Below are positions 26,820-35,486 of a DNA stretch of 64,000 nucleotides, piece after piece. Source of the DNA: a virus; the IMG/VR virus record IMGVR_UViG_3300037859_000002, positions 47,212 to 111,211 of that record; one strand, 5' to 3'. Both the position numbers and the translations under genes were made by a program. The stretch's first letter is position 1; every line of letters begins with the position of its first letter. The notes below the pieces were generated by a model. That model saw only the letters and a program-made list of their open reading frames with translations, searched no databases and had not been told where the DNA came from.

Positions 26820-28331
26820 ATGACACGTGAGGAGATGATCGCGCGTGCCCGTGAGAGCGTCACCGGCATCCTGGCCAGTGGCGCTCCCGACGCGGAAGCG
26901 TTGCTGACCAAGTCGCTGGGCGAGTTCGCCGACCACGTGGCGAACACGGTCGAGGACCTGGCCAAGGCGGAGGCGGAGCACGAGATCGAGGCCCCGCACG
27001 TCGTTCGTTTCGCCCAGGCGCTGGCTCAGGCCCAGGACCGGGTGAACAGCCTGTGTGAGGGCAACGAGTTCGTGCCCGGCACGGATGAGGCGCCGGTGAA
27101 CGAGGCCACGGGCGAGATGCTCCAGGGCTGGATCGACCACGGCGAGCTGCTGCTGCGTGCCATGGTCAATGACCGGGCGACCCTGGCCACCGACCAGGAT
27201 CCCAAGGATGACCCGCGCGCGCTGATCATGGTGCCCGCCGCGGGTACAGAGGGGACCGACGCGGCCGTGGCGCTGAAGGTCGATGCGCCCGAGGAGCTGG
27301 CCAAGATGGCCACCGATCCGGCCGATCTGAAGGCGAGCTTCGCCCGACTGGGGAGCCACATGCTTTCGCTGGCCGGCGTCGATACCGAGCCGCTGGCGAA
27401 GGCCTGGGATGAAGCGCAGGGCGCCGAGCCGGCCGGTGAGGGCGCCGAGTCTGGCGGCGAGATGGGCGGCGAGATCAATCCACTCGAGGTGCTGGGCAAG
27501 CTCGCGGCCTCGATCATGCTCGTGGTCGACAGCCTGCAGAAGGCCGGTGGCGACATGGGTGGCGACCCCGAGGGTGGGAACGCGCCGCCGCCGATGGCGG
27601 CCCGGCCCGAGCCGGGCGCGAAGGTTCCGGCCGACGGAGCGCCCGACGAGAGCGGTGAGGGCGGTGAGGGCGGTGAGGGCGGTGAGGGCGAGAAGAAGCG
27701 GCCCCCGTTTGCCAAGGCGGTGCGGCGCCTGACGCTGACCAAGGCGGATGTCGAGGCCCTGACCGTGTTCCAGGATCCCGTGTCGGGCGAGGATCTGGGC
27801 CTGACCGACGACGGCCTGGTCGTTGACCTGGAGGACGGCGAGATCCTGGGCGTGGCCAACGAGGCCGCGGACGGGTCGGTCGTGATCGATCCGCCGACGG
27901 ACGAGGTGCTGGCCGCGGCGGGCATCGAGCTCGAGCCGGTCGGCGAGGATGATCCTGCGCCCGAGGAGATCGAGGAAAAGGCTGGCGCGGAGGCTGAGCC
28001 TGAGGCTGAGAAGGCGGCCGGCGCGAGTGCGCTGGTCAAGGCCGAGCCCTCGCCCGAGGTGGTCGAGGCCCTGAACGCCGCGGCCCAGGCGTTGACCACG
28101 ATGAGCGCCCGCCTGGAGAAGTCCGAGGCGGAGATCAAGTTGCTGAAGACCCAGCCGGCGGCGCCCAAGGGCTTCGTCCGGGCGGTCGACAAGGGCGGCG
28201 AGGGCGTCACCATCGAGGGCCGCACCGAGACCGTGAACATCGAGGAGCTGCGCAAGCGCGACCCGCAGGCGGCGACGCTCCTCGAGATCAAGAACATCCA
28301 CAGCGCCGGCGGCCGTCCCTTCATGGGCTGA
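26820..28331 (+). CDS. putative scaffolding protein
   Basis: very acidic, directly upstream of the capsid gene, AAGGAG RBS. Confidence 0.65.
   Translation: MTREEMIARARESVTGILASGAPDAEALLTKSLGEFADHVANTVEDLAKAEAEHEIEAPHVVRFAQALAQAQDRVNSLCEGNEFVPGTDEAPVNEATGEMLQGWIDHGELLLRAMVNDRATLATDQDPKDDPRALIMVPAAGTEGTDAAVALKVDAPEELAKMATDPADLKASFARLGSHMLSLAGVDTEPLAKAWDEAQGAEPAGEGAESGGEMGGEINPLEVLGKLAASIMLVVDSLQKAGGDMGGDPEGGNAPPPMAARPEPGAKVPADGAPDESGEGGEGGEGGEGEKKRPPFAKAVRRLTLTKADVEALTVFQDPVSGEDLGLTDDGLVVDLEDGEILGVANEAADGSVVIDPPTDEVLAAAGIELEPVGEDDPAPEEIEEKAGAEAEPEAEKAAGASALVKAEPSPEVVEALNAAAQALTTMSARLEKSEAEIKLLKTQPAAPKGFVRAVDKGGEGVTIEGRTETVNIEELRKRDPQAATLLEIKNIHSAGGRPFMG
27652..27687 (+). repeat. 9-bp tandem repeat (GCGGTGAGG x4)
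   Basis: encodes (GEG)n. Confidence 0.85.
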
Positions 28332-28502
28332 CCGGCCGCGACTGACCTTGCCTGCCCGGCCCGCGTTCCGCGGCCGGGGCTACGCGTATTTGCCTATCAC
28401 ACACTGATGGGATCGGCCCCCGCTCGTCACCTCCGCTTGAGCACCGGACCCGCCCGTACCCGCCGCATGGGCAGCGGTCTTCCGACACAGGGATGTGTTC
28501 CG

Positions 28503-30011
28503 GTGATCAATCCTTCAATCGCGACCGTTCTGGCGATGATCCAGAAGTCTGTCGAGGGCAACCTCGGCGTGGGCAATGGCAACGAGCTGGCCAAGGCCTT
28601 CACCCAGTCGAACAACCAGCTCACGGGTCTGACCGCCTTCGATCTCGAAGGGCCGGCCAAGACCTTCACCCCGATCATCACGCCGCTGCGCAACATGCTG
28701 CCGCGCGTCAGCGGCGGCATGGGCATCCAGGCCAACTGGAGGGCCATCACTGCCATCGGTTCGGCCGGCATGTCGGTCGGTGTCAGCGAGGGCGCCCGCG
28801 GCGGCCTGGTGACCACCACTGTCAAGGAATACCTGGCCGCGTATCGCACGCTGGGCATCGAAGACAGCGCGACCTTCGAGGCGGATCAGGCCTCGCAGGG
28901 CTTCGACGACGTGAAGGCCCGTGCTGTGCAGGGCGTGCTCAAGCACCTGATGCAGTATGAGGAGACGGTGATCATCGGCGGCGCCGGCACCCAGGCGCTG
29001 GGTGTGACCCCGACGCCGACCCTGTCGACCGCCACGACCGGCGGTACGATCGCGGCGACCACCACGGTGTCGGTCATCTGCGTGGCGCTCACGCTCGAGG
29101 GCTGGGCCTTCACCCAGCAGAACGGCGGCATCGGCGGCCAGATCACCCGCACGAACGCCGACGGAACGACCACGCAGTATGGGTCTGGCTCGGCGCAGAA
29201 GTCGGCCAACGCCACCGTGGTCACGGGTGGCACCACGACCAACACGGTCAGCGCGAGCGTGACGCCCGTGCGCGGTGCCGTGGGCTACGCCTGGTATGTC
29301 GGGCCGGCGGCCTCGGAGCGCTACGCCGGGGTGACGACCATCAACTCGATCCTGGTGACCGCGCTGCCTTCTGGCACGGCGCTGATGATCGGTGGCGGCT
29401 CCACCGACTACTCGACGAACGCCACAATCCACGATGGCTTCCTGGGGCTGGCGACGCCGGTTGCCTCGGGCGCCTACTGGGCGACCCAGCCCACAGGCAC
29501 CGCCGGCACGGGCACGCCGCTGACGGCTGACGGTGCGGGCGGCATCGTCGAGATCGACACGATGCTCGAGTCCTACTGGACGAACTACCGCATGAGCCCG
29601 ACCGAGATCTGGGTGAACCAGCAGGAGATGGCCGGGCTGCGCAAGAAGGTGCTGACCGGCACCTCGACGGCGGCGCAGCGGTTCACTTTCCAGACCGCGC
29701 AGGGGAACATCGTCGCCTCCGGCCTGGTCCGGGGCTACCTGAACCCGTTCGGGATGGGGATGGCCATGGAGGTGCCGATCAAGCTGCACCCGAGCGTGCC
29801 GCCCGGCACGATCCTGGCCCTGGCCCACGAGCTGCCCTACCAGTTGAGTGGTGTGCAGAACGTGAACCAGATCAAGTGCCGCAGGGACTACTACCAATTG
29901 GAATGGCCGTTGCGCACCCGGAAATATGAGTACGGCGTGTACACCGATCAGGTCCTGCAGTGCTACTTCCCGCCCTCGATTGGTGTGATCACCAACATCG
30001 CGCGCGGCTGA
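28503..30011 (+). CDS. major capsid protein
   Basis: ITPLRNMLPRV; size and position between scaffold and head-tail genes; start uncertain. Confidence 0.8.
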   Translation: MINPSIATVLAMIQKSVEGNLGVGNGNELAKAFTQSNNQLTGLTAFDLEGPAKTFTPIITPLRNMLPRVSGGMGIQANWRAITAIGSAGMSVGVSEGARGGLVTTTVKEYLAAYRTLGIEDSATFEADQASQGFDDVKARAVQGVLKHLMQYEETVIIGGAGTQALGVTPTPTLSTATTGGTIAATTTVSVICVALTLEGWAFTQQNGGIGGQITRTNADGTTTQYGSGSAQKSANATVVTGGTTTNTVSASVTPVRGAVGYAWYVGPAASERYAGVTTINSILVTALPSGTALMIGGGSTDYSTNATIHDGFLGLATPVASGAYWATQPTGTAGTGTPLTADGAGGIVEIDTMLESYWTNYRMSPTEIWVNQQEMAGLRKKVLTGTSTAAQRFTFQTAQGNIVASGLVRGYLNPFGMGMAMEVPIKLHPSVPPGTILALAHELPYQLSGVQNVNQIKCRRDYYQLEWPLRTRKYEYGVYTDQVLQCYFPPSIGVITNIARG

Positions 30012-30072
30012 ACTGAACAAGGCCGGGTGGATACTCTCCACCCGGCCTATTCTATTTGGAGGATGCTTCGTA

Positions 30073-30471
30073 ATGCAACTCTACCGGGTCACCCCCTCGG
30101 ATGTTTCCTGCGTCAGCGTCGACGGCATGATGATCCCCATCGCCGACGGCATGTTCGAGCACGAGGGCCTGCCGACCGCTGCGATCAACGCGCTCGCCGA
30201 ACACGGCGTCAGGGTCGAGCTCGTGCCCACCCCGCCGGCTCCCGCGCCCCAGCCACCGGCGGACGTGCCGGACCAGCCGGCTCCCGCGCCCCAGCCACCG
30301 GCGGACGTGCCCACCCCGCCGGCTCCCGCGCCCCAGCCCACCGAGGCCGAGGAAAAGGCCGCCCTGCTCACCCAGCTGCACGCCCTGGGCGTCGATCCCG
30401 ACAAGCGCCGCTCGGTGAAGCAGCTGCGCACCATCCTGCAGGAACTCACGGCCACCAAGGCCGAGAACTGA
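30073..30471 (+). CDS. Pro-rich protein with tandem repeats
   Basis: three PAPAPQP units; helical C-terminus. Confidence 0.7.
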   Translation: MQLYRVTPSDVSCVSVDGMMIPIADGMFEHEGLPTAAINALAEHGVRVELVPTPPAPAPQPPADVPDQPAPAPQPPADVPTPPAPAPQPTEAEEKAALLTQLHALGVDPDKRRSVKQLRTILQELTATKAEN

Positions 30472-30474
30472 TCC

Positions 30475-31020
30475 GTGGTCGCGCTCGTCACGCTCAACGA
30501 GGCCAAGGCCTGGATGAGCATCACCGACAGCGCCCAGGACACACAGATCACCGACCTGATCACCAAGGCCTCGGCCGCCGTCGAAGACTACCTCGACCGA
30601 CCAGCGACCTCCCAGGCGAGCACCGAGCTCTATGACGGCCTGGGCGGGCGCCGGCTGTTCACCAGTCGCTGGCCGATCACGGCCGTTTCCTCGATCCTGA
30701 TCGACGGCCAGGCAGTCGCGTCCGGCACCTTCGTGTTCCAGGGACGGATGATCCAACTGCGCTCCGGGACCTTCACCCTGGGCGAGCTCAACGTCGAGGT
30801 CACATACACGGCCGGCTGGACGACCCTGCCCGATGAGGTGCGGACCGCGACGCTGATGACCCTGCAGGCCATGCTGTTCGGCACCGCCGCCGATCCAAAC
30901 CTGGTCTCGGAGAGCGCGGGCGGCGTCTTCGGCGGCTCTTTCATCAGCACCGGTCCGGGATCGATCCCGCCGGCGGCGCGCTCCTATCTCGATTCCCATC
31001 TCCCGACGTTCATGCCCTGA
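30475..31020 (+). CDS. head-tail connector protein
   Basis: LVTLNEAKAW..DTQI..LI..AS..VEDYL; VEVTYTAGW. Confidence 0.85.
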   Translation: MVALVTLNEAKAWMSITDSAQDTQITDLITKASAAVEDYLDRPATSQASTELYDGLGGRRLFTSRWPITAVSSILIDGQAVASGTFVFQGRMIQLRSGTFTLGELNVEVTYTAGWTTLPDEVRTATLMTLQAMLFGTAADPNLVSESAGGVFGGSFISTGPGSIPPAARSYLDSHLPTFMP

Positions 31021-31604
31021 TGCGCCGCAGCGATTACGTCGCCCACCGCATCGGGGTCCGGACCCGCCAGCGCGGGGGCACCGCGACCCTCAGGCACGTC
31101 ACAAGCTCCGGCGGCCCGCAGGCGGCGATGAACCCCCCCAGGGTCGTGAGCGCGGTCGTCAACGGCGCCTTCGCTGGCGGCGCCACGAGCATGAGCCTGC
31201 GCGCCACCACCGCGGTGGGGCGCCTGCTCGCCGGCGATCGCATCCTGGTCGGGCCCCAGACCATCCTGGTCACCGGAACGGCGCTCGCGGTCGCCAACGT
31301 CTGGACCGCGATCCCGGTCCAGGCACTGCTCGTCGGCCTCTCGGATGGCCAGGCTGCGACCTTTTCGTGGGCGGCGGATGAGACGGTTGCGGCCGAGGGC
31401 ATGCAGCTGGACCAGCGCTGGTTCCCCGGCACAGAGATCAGCGGCAGCGACAGCCAGGTCCTGGTGCCAGCCCAGGGGCTGAGCCAACCGCCGCGTCTGG
31501 GCGACCTCCTGATCTGGGCCGGGGCCGACCACAAGGTTCTGGGTGTCGCCTCCAAGCTCGTGCAGGGGCAGGTCGTGCAATGGGTTCTGTTGCTCAGGAA
31601 GTAG
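31020..31604 (+). CDS. putative head-closure/virion protein
   Basis: position in the operon. Confidence 0.55.
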   Translation: MRRSDYVAHRIGVRTRQRGGTATLRHVTSSGGPQAAMNPPRVVSAVVNGAFAGGATSMSLRATTAVGRLLAGDRILVGPQTILVTGTALAVANVWTAIPVQALLVGLSDGQAATFSWAADETVAAEGMQLDQRWFPGTEISGSDSQVLVPAQGLSQPPRLGDLLIWAGADHKVLGVASKLVQGQVVQWVLLLRK

Positions 31605-31607
31605 CGC

Positions 31608-32009
31608 ATGCCGATCTCCGAAGAAGCCAATTCGCGCATCAGCGTCCTGGAAAGCAACCAACGCGAGTCCAGTGAAGATGTCAGACAACTAACGACTGAC
31701 GTGCGCGAACTTACCAAGGCGGTCTCCGGTCTCTCACAGTCTGTCGCGGTACTGGCCGAGCGCGTCTCGATCGTCGGGCCCGCCTACCAGAAGGTGCTCC
31801 TCGATCTCGAGACGATGACCAGGAACAACGCGACCCTGAATTTGCAGGTCGCGACCCTGACCGAGAAACTGCTCGCGATCTCGGCCCAGGTGTCGAGTTC
31901 GACATCCGGCAGCTCGGTGAAGTATGGCGCCGCTGGCGCCGGCGGCGGCAGCGTCGCCTTCGGCATCTACGAGCTGGCCAAACTTTTCTTCGGTCGCGGC
32001 GGTGGCTGA
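31608..32009 (+). CDS. coiled-coil protein with C-terminal hydrophobic tail
   Basis: heptad pattern. Confidence 0.6.
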   Translation: MPISEEANSRISVLESNQRESSEDVRQLTTDVRELTKAVSGLSQSVAVLAERVSIVGPAYQKVLLDLETMTRNNATLNLQVATLTEKLLAISAQVSSSTSGSSVKYGAAGAGGGSVAFGIYELAKLFFGRGGG

Positions 32010-32739
32010 GGATTTTTCGGTCTCGGTCGCCCGCTGGTGCGAAAAGGCCAAGGGCAGGGCCGACGAGGCCTTCCGCGGTATCGCCCAGGCGGCCCTGGTG
32101 CGGGTGCAGCAGCTCACGCCCGTCGATACGGGCTACCTGCGCGCCAACTGGGTCGCCATGAAGGAAGGTGACCCGGTGCCCAAGGCGGCGCCCCGATCCG
32201 CTCCGGGAGGCATCGCCAGCACCATCGGCGGCGCCGGCGGCGGCATCGCCGGCAAGGCCGTGGCCGTGCGCGCTCTGGGCGGTGCCCTGGGCCCGGTGGG
32301 CAGCATCGGTGGCGCCATCGTTGGCACCGTGGGAGGGCAGGTCGCCGAGGGTGGTGAGATCAACGTCGCCGGCGCCCTGGGCTCGGCCGCGGGCACCGCG
32401 GTCGGCGCCACCCTGGGATCGGCGGTGCCAATCGCGGGCACCATCATCGGCGGCGCCGTCGGTGGCGTCGTCGGCGGCATCGCTGGCGAAGCCCTGGCCA
32501 CGGCCGTTTCCAGTCCTGATGGCGGGCGCGGCGGCGGCATCGCCAGCGCCAGGGTGGGCGACAAGATCATCCTGCTGAACCCCGTGGCCTACGCCAGGCG
32601 CATTGAATACGGCTTCGTCGGCCAGGACAGCCTGGGCCGGCGCTTCAACCAGCCGGGGCGCGGCATGGCCCAGCAGACCATGGCCGAGATCCCATCGATC
32701 GCCGAGCGCGTGCTCGCCGACATGAAGGGCCAGGGATGA
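32002..32739 (+). CDS. HK97 gp10-like neck protein with glycine-zipper insertion
   Basis: TPVDTGYLRANW and NPVAYARRIEYG motifs. Confidence 0.8.
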   Translation: MAEDFSVSVARWCEKAKGRADEAFRGIAQAALVRVQQLTPVDTGYLRANWVAMKEGDPVPKAAPRSAPGGIASTIGGAGGGIAGKAVAVRALGGALGPVGSIGGAIVGTVGGQVAEGGEINVAGALGSAAGTAVGATLGSAVPIAGTIIGGAVGGVVGGIAGEALATAVSSPDGGRGGGIASARVGDKIILLNPVAYARRIEYGFVGQDSLGRRFNQPGRGMAQQTMAEIPSIAERVLADMKGQG

Positions 32740-33143
32740 GCATCGCGGCCATCGAAGCGGTCCTGCACGATCGACTGGCGCTGCTCACGGGCATCGATAT
32801 CGCCTGGCCCGACCAGCCGTATGTACCGACGGTGGGACGCCCCTACCTGGCGCCCACCCTGGTGGCCAGGCAGCGCCGCAGCATGGGCGCCGGCCCGTCG
32901 GCCGCGCACCAGTGGATCGGCACCTACCAGGTCTCGGTCTACTGGCCGGCAGGCGAAGGGCCAGGCGCCTACAACGCCCAGATCGACGCCCTGATCGCGC
33001 ACTTCCCACGGGCGCTGACGCTGCCCACCAGTGCGGGCCGCCCGGTGATCATCGAGGAGGCGACGCCCCAGCCGAAATACGATGCAGGCGACTGGGTCAA
33101 CGCCCCGGTGGTCATGCAGTGGTTCCTCAACATCGGAGACTGA
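32736..33143 (+). CDS. tail terminator-like protein
   Basis: IAWP..Y.P..GRPYL; GTYQVSVYWPAGEG. Confidence 0.75.
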   Translation: MSIAAIEAVLHDRLALLTGIDIAWPDQPYVPTVGRPYLAPTLVARQRRSMGAGPSAAHQWIGTYQVSVYWPAGEGPGAYNAQIDALIAHFPRALTLPTSAGRPVIIEEATPQPKYDAGDWVNAPVVMQWFLNIGD

Positions 33144-33145
33144 GC

Positions 33146-33334
33146 ATGTACCGGGTCCTCGCCTACGAGCTGAAGCGTCACGATCGCATCTACTTCCGCG
33201 GCGAGGTCCACGACTTCGCCGAGTGGCCGGACGAAGCGCGCGCCAAGGATCTGCAGGAGGCGCTCGGCGCCGGCCTGATCGAAGCGCTCGAGCCGGGCGC
33301 CGCCGACGAGGCCGAAGCAACGCCGGCTGATTGA
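33146..33334 (+). CDS. small hypothetical protein
   Basis: GGAGA RBS, MYRVLAY... Confidence 0.55.
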   Translation: MYRVLAYELKRHDRIYFRGEVHDFAEWPDEARAKDLQEALGAGLIEALEPGAADEAEATPAD

Positions 33335-33437
33335 TCTGCTGATCCAGAGATAAGGCGGCCCGCGCCCTCGCGGCGGCCGCCAACCCGTGCCCGCAGATCA
33401 CATCAGAATGTGATTACCAGCAGAAAGGACCATCGCA

Positions 33438-34655
33438 ATGGCGTTCGCAAAGGGCATCCAGAAGGAACTGGTGCTGGCGCGGGAAACCACGTTCGGGGTA
33501 CCCGCCTCCGGAGCCGGGACGGTGCTGCGGCGCGTCAGCGGTGGCATGCAGTTCTCCAAGGACATCTACCAGTCCAACGAGATCCTGCCCTCCCAGATGG
33601 TGCGTGACCTGCGCCACGGCGTCCGTCGCGTGCAGGGCAGCCTGTCGGGCCAGTTGAGCCCCGGCGCCTACGTCGATTTCTTCGAGGGCGTCGCGCGCCG
33701 GGCCTTCACCACGGGCATCAACACCGGGGCCCTCACCAACGTGACCGCCGCGGCCGGCCCGCCAGGCACGTTCACCCGCGCCGCGGGCGACTACCTGACC
33801 GACGGCTTCAAGGTCGGCGACGTCGTGCGCTGGACCGGCTTCACCACCGGCGGCGTGGCGAACAACGCGCGCAACTACCGGATCACGGCCCTCACATCCA
33901 CGGTCATGACCGTCACCGGCATCGGCAACGAGGTCGTGGCCGCCAAGGCCTCGGGCGACAGCGTCACCTGCACGGTCGTGGGCAAGAAGACCTGGATGCC
34001 CTTCACCAGTCAGCAGTACTACAGCTACACGGTCGAGCAGTGGTTCGGCGACGTGCCGTCGAGCGAGCGCTACCTGGGCTGCCGCGTGCAGTCGGTTGGG
34101 CTCAACCTGCCCGCCACCGGCCTCGTGACCTTCGATGCCCAGATGGTGGGTCGCGACATCGTCACGCCCATCAGTAGCAGCCGACTGTTCGCCTCGCCCA
34201 ACGGGCCGACGACCGACAACAGCCTCGCGGCCGTCAACGGGGCCCTGCGCTTCGGCGGCGTCGACATCGCCACCGTCGTGGCCGGCCAGGTGTCGTTCGC
34301 GACCGAACTCGAGGCCAATCCAGTGGTGGGCTCCAACATCGTCCCCGAGATCTTCCAGGCGCGCGTGCGCTGCGAGGGCAGCCTCACGGTCTACGTCACC
34401 GACCAGGCGCTGATGAACCAGCTGATCGACGAGACCGAGACGTCGCTGCACCTCTACCTGACCTCGGACAACTCGATCAACGCGCCCTTCGTGTCGATCG
34501 TGCTGCCCAGGATCAAGACGACCTCGGCGGCCAAGGGCGACAGCGACCGCTCGATCACGCAGCAGGTCAGCTTCGTCAGCCTGGAGAACATCGCCGGCGG
34601 CGCGGGCTTCAACTCGGAGCGCACGATCTTCTCGATCCAGGACAGCGCCGCCTGA
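33438..34655 (+). CDS. major tail tube protein
   Basis: ETTFGV, SNEI..RHGVRRVQG, YTVEQWFGD; position. Confidence 0.85.
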   Translation: MAFAKGIQKELVLARETTFGVPASGAGTVLRRVSGGMQFSKDIYQSNEILPSQMVRDLRHGVRRVQGSLSGQLSPGAYVDFFEGVARRAFTTGINTGALTNVTAAAGPPGTFTRAAGDYLTDGFKVGDVVRWTGFTTGGVANNARNYRITALTSTVMTVTGIGNEVVAAKASGDSVTCTVVGKKTWMPFTSQQYYSYTVEQWFGDVPSSERYLGCRVQSVGLNLPATGLVTFDAQMVGRDIVTPISSSRLFASPNGPTTDNSLAAVNGALRFGGVDIATVVAGQVSFATELEANPVVGSNIVPEIFQARVRCEGSLTVYVTDQALMNQLIDETETSLHLYLTSDNSINAPFVSIVLPRIKTTSAAKGDSDRSITQQVSFVSLENIAGGAGFNSERTIFSIQDSAA

Positions 34656-34695
34656 GCGCCGTCGTCTGCTGAGTGAACCCCACACCGGAGGACCA

Positions 34696-35109
34696 ATGTT
34701 CGATATCGCCAAGCTCGACACATTCACCCGTGCCGAGGAGGGGGTGGCCATGGAAGTGGTCAACCCCCGCACCAACAAGGCCGTGCTCGACGAGGAAGGC
34801 CGGCCGGTCACGATCACCCTGCTGGGCCGCAACAGCACCACGGCGCGCCAGACCTACACCAGGATCCGCGACCGGCAGATGGAGCGCGCCAACAAGGGCA
34901 TCATCGCCAACGACGCCGAGAAGGATCGCGACGACGTCGAATATCTCTCGGCCTGCACGCTCGGCTGGTCCATGACCAGCATGGACGACCAGCCCTTCGG
35001 CTTCAGCCCCGAAAATGCCAAGCGCCTCTGGGGCGACCCGCGCATGCGAACCGTGCGCGAGCAGGCCATGGCCTTCGTCCAGAACGACGGGAACTTCCTG
35101 CGGGACTGA
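34696..35109 (+). CDS. tail assembly chaperone
   Basis: between tube and tape measure genes; ends GNFLRD. Confidence 0.8.
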   Translation: MFDIAKLDTFTRAEEGVAMEVVNPRTNKAVLDEEGRPVTITLLGRNSTTARQTYTRIRDRQMERANKGIIANDAEKDRDDVEYLSACTLGWSMTSMDDQPFGFSPENAKRLWGDPRMRTVREQAMAFVQNDGNFLRD

Positions 35110-35483
35110 CGGGGCGGCTCCTCGAATTCGCCGAGCACCAGTTCAAGCTCGACGTGCCCCTGCGTGACGGGGGCAGCCTGCGCGAGGCCCTGTTGAGCGT
35201 GCAGCGCCAGCTCAACAGGACTCCACCCGAGCTCGAGGGTCCGCCGCTGCCCGCCGCGGCCCAGGACATCTGGGCCGTCTTCCACCAAATCGCCGCGGGC
35301 CGTGGCCTGTCGGCTCAGGGCTTCCCCGTGGCGCTCACCAACACCGAGATCCTGTCGTGGTCGATCCTGCGGGAGCGACGCCTCACCGAATGGGGACTCG
35401 AGACCATCCGCCGCCTGGACGGACTTTACGTGGGCACCATGGCCAGGGGCCTGCGCGAGCTCATGCAGATCAAGGAGGGCTGA
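35103..35483 (+). CDS. second tail chaperone ORF (possible -1 frameshift extension)
   Basis: open -1 frame overlapping the end of the upstream chaperone. Confidence 0.65.
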   Translation, partial: GLTGRLLEFAEHQFKLDVPLRDGGSLREALLSVQRQLNRTPPELEGPPLPAAAQDIWAVFHQIAAGRGLSAQGFPVALTNTEILSWSILRERRLTEWGLETIRRLDGLYVGTMARGLRELMQIKEG

Positions 35484-35486
35484 CCT

